Shown: positions 15,394 to 24,414 of the stretch, in pieces
Numbering within the stretch: position 1 is the first letter of the stretch
How the letters are laid out: every line of letters begins with the position of its first letter
Origin: Candidatus Hadarchaeota archaeon
GTDB taxonomy: Archaea > Hadarchaeota > Hadarchaeia > Hadarchaeales > Hadarchaeaceae
Assembly: GCA_964514965.1 (NCBI GenBank)
Contig: CAZETV010000001.1
Location: 240,001-272,000 of the forward strand
Direction of reading: 5' to 3'
DNA length: 32,000 nt
Notes under the pieces: generated by a model
Database searches by the model: none
What the model saw: only the letters and a program-made list of their open reading frames with translations
Told to the model about the DNA's origin: nothing
Translations under genes and position numbers: made by a program

Positions 15394-16587
15394 TTGCGAG
15401 CTTTCCACGTGGCGTCGGATGAAGAAATCAAACAAGGCAAAACAACTGATGTTTACTTTGGACGCACGAAGCAAATCCTCGATGCTAAAGGGTTAAGCAA
15501 TGCCCAAGTTGTTGCAGAGGTGACGGCGAATAACCTGCCACGAGATTGGTTATGGGCTGTGCTCTGTGGAGTTGATGAGGTCGCCAAGCTCTTCGAAGGT
15601 CACTCCGTCGATGTCTACGCAATGTCAGAAGGGAATATCTTCCGCCCGCATGACTACCCCGGGATGCGAATGCCAGTAGCGGTAATCGAGGGCCCCTACG
15701 GAGAGTTCTGTGAACTCGAGACCCCCTTGCTGGGATTGCTCTGTCAAGCCTCAGGGGTGGCGACGATGGCAGCTAGGATAAGAAAAATCGTTGGCACCAA
15801 ACTTCTCATGTCTTTCGGTATTCGGAGAGCGCACCCGGCACTCGCCCCCATGCTCGATCGTGCTGCTTACATTGGGGGGTTCGATGGGGTTTCGAGCTTG
15901 GTGGGAGCGAAGGCGATCGGGAAGGAACCGATGGGCACAATGCCCCACTCTTTGGTAATAGCGTTCGGCGATCAGGTCAAAGCTTGGCGAGCATTCGACG
16001 AGGTTATGCTTTCCAAGGTGCCCCGGATAATGCTTGTGGACACTTACTTCGATGAAAAAATAGAATCAATCATGGCAGCTGAAGCACTCGGCAAAAGGTT
16101 GCAAGGCGTTAGGCTCGATACTCCAAGTTCAAGGAAAGGTGATTTTGCGGAGATAATCCGGGAGGTCAGATGGGAACTCGACACCAGAGGATACGGCCAC
16201 GCCAAAATAATAGTATCTGGTGGAGTTGATGATAACAACATAAAAGGTCTAGTCGAGGCCGGAGCTGATGGTTTTGGTGTCGGAACCCCGTTAACCAATG
16301 CACCGACAATCGATTTCGCAATGGACATTGTGGAGCTTAATGGCAAACCAGTTGCAAAACGAGGCAAACTTGGTGGCTTAAAACGAGCTTGGAGGTGCCC
16401 GAAATGCTTGACAGATGTACTCCTGCCCGCTCGTGAAGCATCTCCTAGTTGCCCGAGCTGCGGAGGTAAAACAAAACAAGTTTTAATTCCTTTAATTAAA
16501 AAAGGAAAAATCGCCGCAAAGCTTCCTTCTGTCGAGGAGATACGGAAGCGAGTTCTTGCGCAACTTAAAAAATTGGAACCGCTTTAG
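15394..16587 (+). CDS. pncB: Nicotinate phosphoribosyltransferase (archaeal type with C-terminal zinc-knuckle)
   Basis: FHVASDEEIKQGKTTDVYF is a typical archaeal NAPRT N-terminus. A PRTase barrel follows, then C-terminal CPKC...CPSCGG. I prefer TTG 15394, 1 nt after the pncA stop and preceded by GGGGGGAT. The track start GTG 15364 would overlap pncA by 29 nt. Confidence 0.85.
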   Translation: MRAFHVASDEEIKQGKTTDVYFGRTKQILDAKGLSNAQVVAEVTANNLPRDWLWAVLCGVDEVAKLFEGHSVDVYAMSEGNIFRPHDYPGMRMPVAVIEGPYGEFCELETPLLGLLCQASGVATMAARIRKIVGTKLLMSFGIRRAHPALAPMLDRAAYIGGFDGVSSLVGAKAIGKEPMGTMPHSLVIAFGDQVKAWRAFDEVMLSKVPRIMLVDTYFDEKIESIMAAEALGKRLQGVRLDTPSSRKGDFAEIIREVRWELDTRGYGHAKIIVSGGVDDNNIKGLVEAGADGFGVGTPLTNAPTIDFAMDIVELNGKPVAKRGKLGGLKRAWRCPKCLTDVLLPAREASPSCPSCGGKTKQVLIPLIKKGKIAAKLPSVEEIRKRVLAQLKKLEPL

Positions 16588-16598
16588 GGGGGACTAAA

Positions 16599-17408
16599 AT
16601 GGACATCACAAAAGAGAGAAAGAACTTATCAAAAGCAAGACGAATCGTGATTAAGATTGGCACAAGCAGTATCACCGACAAATACTCAAGACTCGACCCA
16701 AGCAAGGTCGGAAAGCTCGTCGAGGAAACAATGAGGCTGCGCACGCGTGGAAAGGAGATTATCATCGTTTCCTCCGGCGCAATAGGAGCAGGTGTGGGTC
16801 GCATTAATTTAGAACGTCGGCCGAGGGAGATGCCTCCATTGCAAGCAGCTGCGGCAGTCGGACAGGGGATTCTGATGCAAGTTTATTCGAAATATTTTGG
16901 AGAATACGAACAACCAGTTGCACAAATGTTGTTGACAGGAGAAGATTTCACAAATTCCAAGCGTTACCAAAATTTCAAAAACACTCTCGCGATTTTGCTG
17001 AGATGGGGTGTAGTGCCTATCGTGAATGAGAACGACTGCGTGGAAGTCGAGGAAATAAGGCTTGGTGATAATGACACCCTCTCTGCGCATGTGGCGGTAG
17101 GGTCCAAGGCCGATCTTCTCATAATACTTTCAGATATAGGAGGACTTTACAGGGACTATTCCAAGAAGGGAAAGCGAGGGAGTCTCATCCGAACCGTCAA
17201 GCGAGTTACGCGGGAGGTCGAGGGGCTTGTAAGCAGAAATTTCCGCGGCTTTGGCGGCATGCGCACAAAGATTAGAGCTGCAAAAATGGTGACGAAAAAA
17301 GGAATACCTGTAGTGCTAGCTAATGGCGAGGAGAAGAACGTGCTCGATCGGGTTATTGCCGGTGAGGAGATAGGTACACTCTTTCTGTCTGAGAGGGGGA
17401 AAAAATGA
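16599..17408 (+). CDS. proB: Glutamate 5-kinase (short form, no PUA domain)
   Basis: IVIKIGTSSIT, IIVSSGAIGAG, PIVNENDCV and GDNDTLSAHVA are present. At 269 aa the protein lacks a C-terminal PUA domain. Confidence 0.9.
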   Translation: MDITKERKNLSKARRIVIKIGTSSITDKYSRLDPSKVGKLVEETMRLRTRGKEIIIVSSGAIGAGVGRINLERRPREMPPLQAAAAVGQGILMQVYSKYFGEYEQPVAQMLLTGEDFTNSKRYQNFKNTLAILLRWGVVPIVNENDCVEVEEIRLGDNDTLSAHVAVGSKADLLIILSDIGGLYRDYSKKGKRGSLIRTVKRVTREVEGLVSRNFRGFGGMRTKIRAAKMVTKKGIPVVLANGEEKNVLDRVIAGEEIGTLFLSERGKK

Positions 17409-18742
17409 ACTCAGTCATATCAAAAGCGATGGCTGCTCGCACAGCATCGCTCAAACTCGCAAACATTACAACCAATAAAAAAAATATGGCACTTCTAAAA
17501 ATCGCTTCCGCCATCTCTAAACAAAAAAAAGCTTTGTTGAGGGCAAATGCCAAAGATGTTGAAAATGCCGAGCGCCTCTTAGCACGAGGGGAACTCTCCA
17601 ACGCTTTCGTCCAGAGGCTCAAGCTTAGTGATTACAAGTTGCGCAACATTGCTGAGATGGTGCGAAGCGTCGCGAGGCTTGAAGACCCCGTTGGAAAAAC
17701 ACTTTACGCGATGGAACTCGACCGCGGCCTAGAATTGTACAAGGTCTCATGCCCAATTGGGGTGATTGGGGCAATATTCGAGGCAAGGCCAGATGTGTTA
17801 CCCCAACTGTCAGCTCTGTGCCTCAAATCGGGGAATGCCATGATCCTAAAAGGAGGTAAAGAGGCAAGGTATTCGAATGAAGCTTTTTTTGAACTCATCC
17901 GCAGTGCTACTGAAAGGACTGGAATCCCGCGCGAATGGATCCAGCTCATCGAGGCGAGACAAGAAGTGCGGGAGCTGCTCAAACTCGATGAGCATATAGA
18001 CTTGCTAGTTCCGCGGGGAAGCAAGGAGTTCGTGAAGTACATCCAAAATAACAGCAGTATACCTGTGCTCGGTCACGCTGAGGGAGTATGCCACATCTAC
18101 GTCGACAAGGAAGCAAACTTGGAGCAGGCTTTAAATTTATGTTATGATTCTAAAGTTCAGTATCCTGCCGTGTGTAACGCTGTTGAAACGCTCTTAGTCC
18201 ATCGTGGGATAGCCAAGCGTTTTCTTCCACCATTAGCTAGACGCTATGAGAAAGTGGGGGTCGAGATCAGAGGGTGCGAGCGAACGAGAAAAATCCTGCA
18301 TGGTATCAAGAAAGCGACAGAAAAGGATTGGAAAACGGAGTATCTCGATTTGATAATCTCAATTAAAATTGTGGGCGGAGTAGATGAGGCGATTGAACAC
18401 ATCAATACATATGGTTCCAAACACACCGACGCGATAATCACCCAAAACGGGAAAACTGCATTCAATTTCCTGACTGGGGTTGATTCTTCAAGTGTAATTC
18501 TCAACGCATCTACACGGTTCAGTGACGGATATCGTTATGGACTGGGGGCAGAAGTTGGGATATCTACAGGCAAGATTCACGCGCGGGGACCTGTTGGACT
18601 GGATGGGATGGCCACCTCAAAATATTATTTGCTGGGTAAGGGACAAACGGTCGCCACTTACCTCGGCCCAACCGCGAAACCGTTCGTTCATCGAAAGCTC
18701 TCGAAGCGTTGGAACGATATCGCGCGTACTATAAAGAAGTAA
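17405..18742 (+). CDS. proA: Glutamate-5-semialdehyde dehydrogenase (gamma-glutamyl phosphate reductase)
   Basis: The aldehyde dehydrogenase fold is indicated by ILKGGKEA, catalytic-Cys context YPAVCNAVETLLVH and SKHTDAIIT. It overlaps the proB stop (ATGA). Confidence 0.9.
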   Translation: MNSVISKAMAARTASLKLANITTNKKNMALLKIASAISKQKKALLRANAKDVENAERLLARGELSNAFVQRLKLSDYKLRNIAEMVRSVARLEDPVGKTLYAMELDRGLELYKVSCPIGVIGAIFEARPDVLPQLSALCLKSGNAMILKGGKEARYSNEAFFELIRSATERTGIPREWIQLIEARQEVRELLKLDEHIDLLVPRGSKEFVKYIQNNSSIPVLGHAEGVCHIYVDKEANLEQALNLCYDSKVQYPAVCNAVETLLVHRGIAKRFLPPLARRYEKVGVEIRGCERTRKILHGIKKATEKDWKTEYLDLIISIKIVGGVDEAIEHINTYGSKHTDAIITQNGKTAFNFLTGVDSSSVILNASTRFSDGYRYGLGAEVGISTGKIHARGPVGLDGMATSKYYLLGKGQTVATYLGPTAKPFVHRKLSKRWNDIARTIKK

Positions 18743-18756
18743 TAACCGGTGTTTTC

Positions 18757-19242
18757 GTGAAATTCAAAAAAGTGGTCGTCGGCGGGACGTTTGATTACCT
18801 GCACGACGGGCACAAGGCGATATTAGCTAAAGCGTTCGAGATAGGAGAGCGCGTGACCGTAGGCATCTGCTCAGACGAAATGCAGTTTCTGCTCCGAAAG
18901 GACTCAGCAGGCATTCAACAGCTCGACATACGAAAGCAAGCACTGGAAGCGCTGCTGAGCTCCACGGGCTGGCTTGAGCGGGCCGATATAATAGCAATTT
19001 CTGAAGCGTTCGGACCGGCGGCGGAAGACCCCGATCTTGAGGCGATAGTGGTTAGCCCCGAGACTCGGGCGCGTGCCGAAGAGTTGAACCAGCTCAGAGG
19101 ATCGCGTGGGCTGCTGCCATTGGAAATTATCGAAATTCCATTTGTACTGGCCGACGACGGAAAACCGATATCATCAATAAGAGTCCGATATGGTGAAATT
19201 GACGTTCATGGTAAAGTGTTGAAAAATTTTCAAGCGGTCTAA
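18757..19242 (+). CDS. Phosphopantetheine adenylyltransferase (archaeal cytidylyltransferase-type)
   Basis: VVVGGTFDYLHDGHKAIL is the nucleotidyltransferase (H/T)xGH motif. The protein is about 161 aa from GTG 18757. The track ORF start at 18709 overlaps proA and is less likely. Confidence 0.85.
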   Translation: MKFKKVVVGGTFDYLHDGHKAILAKAFEIGERVTVGICSDEMQFLLRKDSAGIQQLDIRKQALEALLSSTGWLERADIIAISEAFGPAAEDPDLEAIVVSPETRARAEELNQLRGSRGLLPLEIIEIPFVLADDGKPISSIRVRYGEIDVHGKVLKNFQAV

Positions 19243-19292
19243 GAGACAAGTGTTTAAATTATGCAAATCTTGTTTAATCAAAGGTGAGTTAA

Positions 19293-20510
19293 ATGCACCC
19301 CTCATATAACATCAAAAACACAAAGGGAGAGGAACTCGAAAAGCGAAAGATAGTACTCTGCATAACGGGAAGCGTGGCAGCCGTTAAATGCCCAGAACTT
19401 GCCAGAGAACTCATGCGCCATGGCGCCGATGTGCGAACATGCATGACATCCAGTGCGGCAGGTTTGATAACGCCGCAACTCATGCACTGGGCGACCGGCA
19501 ACGAAGTTGTTACCGCGATAACAGGCAAGACCGAGCACATCGAGCTGGCGCAGTGGGCCGACCTAGTGCTAGTTGCCCCAGCTACAGCAAACACATTGGG
19601 AAAAATGGCGCATGCGATTGACGACACACCTGTGACCTCGGTGGTCTCGGTAGCTTGGGGTCTCGAGAAGCCCATCGTCGCGGTTCCTGCGATGCACGAA
19701 TCAATGTACCATCACAAGCTGTTTCAAGAAAATTTGGCGAAACTCCGTTCGGCGGGCGTGCACCTGCTCGAGCCCAAAGTCGAGGAAGGGAAAGCAAAAT
19801 TGGCGAGCGTTGACGAGATTGTGCAATCTGTCATCGAACTCTTTGCCCCTCGCGACATGGACGGTATGCGAGTGCTCGTTACGGCGGGTCCAACAATTGA
19901 ACCAATAGACCCTATCAAATTCATTACCAACCGAAGTTCGGGCAAGATGGGCGTGGCAGTGGCCCGAGTCGCGGCATCTCGGGGCGCGGAGGTTGTGTTG
20001 ATTTACGGCCCGGGGACTGAGGCACCACCCTCGAGAGTAAAAGTCGTGCGTGTTCAGACCACCCAAGAAATGTGTGAGGCCCTCAAGTGTGAGCTAAAAT
20101 CACCTTACGATATCATCATTTCCACTGCGGCTGCACAGGATTTCGCAGTCGAACAACCAGCCGAGCAGAAACTGAGACATCTTGCGCCGCCAACACTCAA
20201 GCTGGTGCAAGCACCCCGTGTACTAGATGAGGCACGAAAACTTGCGCCAAATGCTTTTATAGTGGGGTTCAAGGCGGAGTTTAACGTGCACGATGAGGAG
20301 CTTCTAACGGCGGCAAAGGAAAAGCTGGGTGAGGGGCTCGACATGGTCGTAGCAAATGATGTGGCAAGGACGGGAGCCGGGTTTGGCTCTGATACCAACG
20401 AAGTCATAATTATAACATCCTCTGGTTCTAAAGTTATGCGCGCGACGAAGGTTGAGATCGCTAAGGCAATTCTAGATGCTGCGATGGCGAGGCTTCGAGG
20501 GCGTGATTAA
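19293..20510 (+). CDS. coaBC: Bifunctional phosphopantothenoylcysteine decarboxylase / phosphopantothenate-cysteine ligase
   Basis: The N-terminal flavoprotein domain is ITGSVAAVKCPELAREL ... PAMH. The C-terminal CoaB domain contains ITNRSSGKMG. An SD AAGGTGAG lies upstream of the ATG. Confidence 0.9.
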   Translation: MHPSYNIKNTKGEELEKRKIVLCITGSVAAVKCPELARELMRHGADVRTCMTSSAAGLITPQLMHWATGNEVVTAITGKTEHIELAQWADLVLVAPATANTLGKMAHAIDDTPVTSVVSVAWGLEKPIVAVPAMHESMYHHKLFQENLAKLRSAGVHLLEPKVEEGKAKLASVDEIVQSVIELFAPRDMDGMRVLVTAGPTIEPIDPIKFITNRSSGKMGVAVARVAASRGAEVVLIYGPGTEAPPSRVKVVRVQTTQEMCEALKCELKSPYDIIISTAAAQDFAVEQPAEQKLRHLAPPTLKLVQAPRVLDEARKLAPNAFIVGFKAEFNVHDEELLTAAKEKLGEGLDMVVANDVARTGAGFGSDTNEVIIITSSGSKVMRATKVEIAKAILDAAMARLRGRD

Positions 20511-21430
20511 TGCGAAAGGCATCAGCTTTCGTGCCAGCCCACATTTCAGGTTTTTTTCAAGTGTGCGAGGCGAGCGATCCAAAGCAAATGGGCTCGCGTA
20601 ATTGTGGCCCTTGCCTCGATATCGGCGTACTCACCGAGGTCAAAATTGAACCTGCCACTCGAACTAGCGTGAAAGTGTTTATGAATAATAAGCGAACATC
20701 AGCGGCAAAGACGACTTTGGCGGCTATTGAGACGCTCTTGGACGCTGTGCGTGAACCACTTGCGATCAAAGTAGCTCACTCATGCCAAGTGCCGATAGGT
20801 GCTGGATATGGAGCGAGTGGTGCTGGGGCATTCGGCGCTGTTTTGGCACTCTCTAAAGTTTTAGATTTACGCTTGTCGCGAGAGAGGCTTAGGGAGATAG
20901 CTCATGTCGCTGAAGTAACCTGTCACACGGGGCTTGGTGACGTGGGCGCGCAAGCACTCGGCGGGCTGGTAATCGGACTAGAGCCAGGAGCCCCCCCACA
21001 TGACAAGTGGAAGCAAATTCACCTCCCGAAAGATGTAAAGGTGGTTTGCGGCACCTTTGCCGAGCTACCGACGGCGAAGCTTTTGCGCGAGGAGGAATTT
21101 CGCGAGCGTTCAAAGCGGCTCGGTGGATTAGCTATGAAAAAATTGTTAGAAAAACCTAATCCCCAAAATTTTATGAAAGTGTCGCGTGAATTTGCAGAAG
21201 GGCTCGAGCTTTTAAACGATGACCTTCGCGCGTTGATTGAAGCTGTTTCAAAAACAGGTGCAATTGGGGTGAGCCAAGTGATGCTAGGAAAAGCAGCGTT
21301 TGCACTGGTGAAAGAGAAGAAGCTTGAGGATGTAACTCAAACATTTCTTGAATTTCTCGAGCCTAGCGCTGTTATCGTCGCAAGCGTGAACCGAAGAGGC
21401 GCCAAGTTGCTAGATCAAAATCTGTCATAG
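20510..21430 (+). CDS. GHMP-family kinase, probably archaeal pantoate kinase
   Basis: The N-terminus is AFVPAHISGFFQV and the GHMP ATP motif is PIGAGYGASGAGAFG. The gene overlaps the coaBC stop (TAATG). The archaeal CoA pathway uses pantoate kinase, and the assignment rests on context plus family. Confidence 0.7.
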   Translation: MRKASAFVPAHISGFFQVCEASDPKQMGSRNCGPCLDIGVLTEVKIEPATRTSVKVFMNNKRTSAAKTTLAAIETLLDAVREPLAIKVAHSCQVPIGAGYGASGAGAFGAVLALSKVLDLRLSRERLREIAHVAEVTCHTGLGDVGAQALGGLVIGLEPGAPPHDKWKQIHLPKDVKVVCGTFAELPTAKLLREEEFRERSKRLGGLAMKKLLEKPNPQNFMKVSREFAEGLELLNDDLRALIEAVSKTGAIGVSQVMLGKAAFALVKEKKLEDVTQTFLEFLEPSAVIVASVNRRGAKLLDQNLS

Positions 21431-21900
21431 CGCATAATCTTACTCAACTGTATGTGCCGCGGAGGGCTCGGTTCCTCAGCTGGTTTGCCTATTGGTACAA
21501 TGACGAGGGGCCTCACACCCTCAGGGGCGTTGATTACCTCCGCAACAGTGCCTTCATCAAATGACCCTACCCAGCATGTCGCATAACCAAGTGCATAAGC
21601 GGCTAGATTCATGTTTTGTGTTGCCGCGGCTGTATCCTGGATGCAATAGAGTTCCTCACTCCTCCTACCGTAGCGTCGAGAAGTGCGGGTGACATTCGCG
21701 CACACTACAATGACTACCGGCGCCTCCGCGATAAAAGTCTGCCCTAGTGCTGCATGCGCCAACCGCTCTTTTTGGGCTTGGTCTTTCACCACAACGAACT
21801 CCCAAGGCTGGCAATTGCCGGCGCTAGGGGCCTGCTGCGCAGCTTCGAGAATTTTTTTCAAGTCTTCCTCCTTTATGGGGTCAAGCCTAACCTCGCGCAC
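21415..21900 (-). CDS. Nitroreductase-family protein; the longest intact ORF starts at GTG 21900, but the conserved N-terminus continues upstream across an in-frame TGA (possible pseudogene)
   Basis: EEDLKKILEAAQQAPSAGNCQPWEFVVVKD is present. Upstream in frame the read is ATG(21936) MDIFDAIKGR-TGA(21906..21904)-S-V(GTG 21900)REVRLDP. This matches the family N-terminus MDIFEAIKxRRSVRxF. Confidence 0.75.
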   Translation of the reverse strand: MREVRLDPIKEEDLKKILEAAQQAPSAGNCQPWEFVVVKDQAQKERLAHAALGQTFIAEAPVVIVVCANVTRTSRRYGRRSEELYCIQDTAAATQNMNLAAYALGYATCWVGSFDEGTVAEVINAPEGVRPLVIVPIGKPAEEPSPPRHIQLSKIMRYDRF

Positions 21901-21992
21901 GCTTCATCTACCTTTGATTGCGTCGAAAATGTCCATCCAGACACCCAAGCATTTAAACTCCAGTGGACGTAAAAAGAATTTGGCATGATAAA

Positions 21993-22250
21993 ATGATCGA
22001 AACCTCGGAGCTTGACTGGATAGTTCAAAAGACCACTGAACTGCTCGCCGACAAGGTAAAAGACGCTCCGCTCACCGACCGCGACATTGAGCTAGCATTT
22101 GAAATGTTTGCGAAGCCGAGACTCGAGCGCTTCTCAGATACTTTCAAGAGCGATCTCGAAAGAAGGCAAGCCCAAGATTTCATTATGATGAAACTTCAGG
22201 AGCGGGCAAAGCAACTCAACGCGGAGCACTGGCAGAAACTGGAAATATAA
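21993..22250 (+). CDS. Hypothetical small helical protein (85 aa from ATG 21993)
   Basis: This is track ORF 21963..22250. A TTTAAA box at 21952 lies about 35 nt upstream of ATG 21993. The composition is charged and helical. No family was recognised. Confidence 0.45.
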   Translation: MIETSELDWIVQKTTELLADKVKDAPLTDRDIELAFEMFAKPRLERFSDTFKSDLERRQAQDFIMMKLQERAKQLNAEHWQKLEI

Positions 22251-22300
22251 TTCTTTTTATCAGTTTCGAATATCACAAATAGGACGCGACGTTAAAAACT

Positions 22301-22573
22301 TTAAAGAAACGGCAGGTGCCCGGCCCACAACCAATAAGTGACGATGATACACAATATGGCTGCCACGAAGAGACCGCTCCCCCATCTCTTGGCTTGAGCC
22401 TTGAAGAAGATGTAGCCGAAGAGGCCGCTGCAGATTATAGCAATGATGAGTACGATACTAAGCACAATCTGTCCTATCAACCTACCCAACGAACCGAAAT
22501 AATCCGTGAGTGCGATAACCGGTAGTATGATAACGAGAACAAACACCCCTGCCAACATCAGCCATCCACGCAA
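22301..22573 (-). CDS. Hypothetical small membrane protein (3-4 TM, 90 aa)
   Basis: The sequence is strongly hydrophobic. The TTG start is preceded by GGTGA with a 4-nt spacer. Confidence 0.5.
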   Translation of the reverse strand: MRGWLMLAGVFVLVIILPVIALTDYFGSLGRLIGQIVLSIVLIIAIICSGLFGYIFFKAQAKRWGSGLFVAAILCIIVTYWLWAGHLPFL

Positions 22574-22647
22574 TCTTTCACCTATTCTGCTTATTCGTCG
22601 AACTTTTAAAAGGTTAACCTAGAGAAACTAAGAACTGGTGAAAATAA

Positions 22648-24414
22648 ATGCCGAGAATTGCCGTCATTGACCGAGAGTCATGCCAGCCCAAACGATGCTC
22701 GCTCGAGTGTTACCGCTATTGCCCGGGAGTTAGAACCGGTGACGAGACGGTAATCATCGACGAGCGAACGGGCAGACCAGTGATTTCGGAGGAGCTGTGC
22801 ACGGGCTGCGGAATATGCGTGCACAAATGTCCGTTTCGCGCGATTTCGATAGTCAACGTACCTCAAGAACTCAAGGAGCGCTGCATCCATCGCTACGGAC
22901 TTAACGGATTCGCCCTCTATGAGTTGCCCATTCCCCGAGCGGGCAAGGTCACGGGACTTATCGGGCAAAACGGGGCAGGCAAGACAACCGCGCTTGAAAT
23001 TTTGGCAGGAAAACTTGCCCCCAACTTTGGCTCGCCGGAGACAGCAACACCGATAAATCTAAACGAGTTTTTTAAGGGTTCCGAGCTACAGGCCTACTTC
23101 GATCGAATCGAGCAGATAAAGACAGCTTACAAACCCCAAGCGATCGATGGACTCCCAAAGGTGGTCCGAGGGAGAGTCGGTGAACTCCTCGCGAAGGTGG
23201 ACGAACGAAAAGTAGCAAAAGAACTGGCCGAATCACTTGAGCTAAACGAGGTTCTCGATCGCCACATAAAACTTCTCAGCGGAGGCGAACTCCAACGCCT
23301 AGCGATTGCCGCAGCAACCGCGCGGGATGCGGACATCTATTACTTCGACGAGCCGAGTTCGCACCTTGATGTCTACCAACGCCTCAATGCGGCGCGTACC
23401 ATTCGAGGGCTCGCGATAGCTGGAAAAGCCGTAATCGTCGTGGAACATGATCTCGCGATGCTCGACTACATGTGCGACTACGTGCATGTTCTCTACGGCA
23501 AACCAAGTGCTTACGGTGTCGTGTCATCACCGCACGGAGTCAGGATTGGGATAAACGTCTTTCTCGATGGCTACTTGCGTGAGGAAAATGTGAGGTTCAG
23601 GCGAGAATCAATTCGTTTCGAAGTCCGCCCTCCGTCAAAAGCTCGTATCGCTGGGCGGGCGATGTTCAGCTACCCCCGACTCAAAAAACGCTTTAAAGGA
23701 TTTGAGCTAGAGGTCACGCCAGGCAGCGTTTATGCTGGTGAGGTTGTTGGTGTGGTCGGCCCCAACGCCATAGGTAAAACCACTTTTGTGCACATGCTCG
23801 CAGGAAAACTCAAACCGACAATAGGAAAGTTCGATTCCAAACTGACAGTCGCTCACAAGTCGCAGTACCTGAAGATCGATTTTGAGGGAAATGTGGAAGC
23901 TTGGCTGCACGAGTTGCTCGGCGAGTTTGACCCGACCTTTGATCCCGATATCTTACAACCACTCGAGGTGAAGCCCCTACTCGAGCGAAAGTTAAAAGAT
24001 TTGAGCGGGGGGGAGCTCCAACGAGTCGCGATCGCCGCATGCTTGGGACAACCAGCCGACATCTACCTAATCGACGAGCCCAGCGCTTATCTTGATGTCG
24101 AGCAGCGCCTGCAAATAGCGCGCGTGATAAGGCGGGTGATTGAGAAGCGCGAGGTTGCTGCATTAGTGGTCGACCACGATGTACTGAGCGTCGACTTAAT
24201 CTCCGACCGCTTGCTTGTCTTTACGGGGGAACCGAGTCGAGTAGGCAAAACTCACGGCCCCCTTGGGATGCGCGAGGGGATGAATCGATTCCTGCACGAG
24301 GTCGGGGTCACCTTCCGACGGGACCCCCAGACTGGCAGGCCCCGAGCAAACAAGCCAGAAAGCAGCTTAGATAGAGAGCAGAAGGAGAGAGGAGAGTACT
24401 TTTATTTGAGTTAG
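22648..24414 (+). CDS. ABCE1 / RNase L inhibitor homologue (ribosome recycling ATPase)
   Basis: An N-terminal 4Fe-4S domain (CxxxxCxxxC-P, CTGCGICVHKCP) is followed by two NBDs. Walker A motifs are GQNGAGKTT and GPNAIGKTT. The signature LSGGELQR occurs twice. SD GGTGA lies upstream. Confidence 0.95.
   Translation: MPRIAVIDRESCQPKRCSLECYRYCPGVRTGDETVIIDERTGRPVISEELCTGCGICVHKCPFRAISIVNVPQELKERCIHRYGLNGFALYELPIPRAGKVTGLIGQNGAGKTTALEILAGKLAPNFGSPETATPINLNEFFKGSELQAYFDRIEQIKTAYKPQAIDGLPKVVRGRVGELLAKVDERKVAKELAESLELNEVLDRHIKLLSGGELQRLAIAAATARDADIYYFDEPSSHLDVYQRLNAARTIRGLAIAGKAVIVVEHDLAMLDYMCDYVHVLYGKPSAYGVVSSPHGVRIGINVFLDGYLREENVRFRRESIRFEVRPPSKARIAGRAMFSYPRLKKRFKGFELEVTPGSVYAGEVVGVVGPNAIGKTTFVHMLAGKLKPTIGKFDSKLTVAHKSQYLKIDFEGNVEAWLHELLGEFDPTFDPDILQPLEVKPLLERKLKDLSGGELQRVAIAACLGQPADIYLIDEPSAYLDVEQRLQIARVIRRVIEKREVAALVVDHDVLSVDLISDRLLVFTGEPSRVGKTHGPLGMREGMNRFLHEVGVTFRRDPQTGRPRANKPESSLDREQKERGEYFYLS

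Noticed and set aside
21904-21906. Selenocysteine or recoded TGA in the nitroreductase
   Set aside because: The homologous position is Arg or His, not Cys. No SECIS-like hairpin was noticed downstream. TGA terminates several neighbouring genes (the STT3-like gene, MIPS, pncA, proB).
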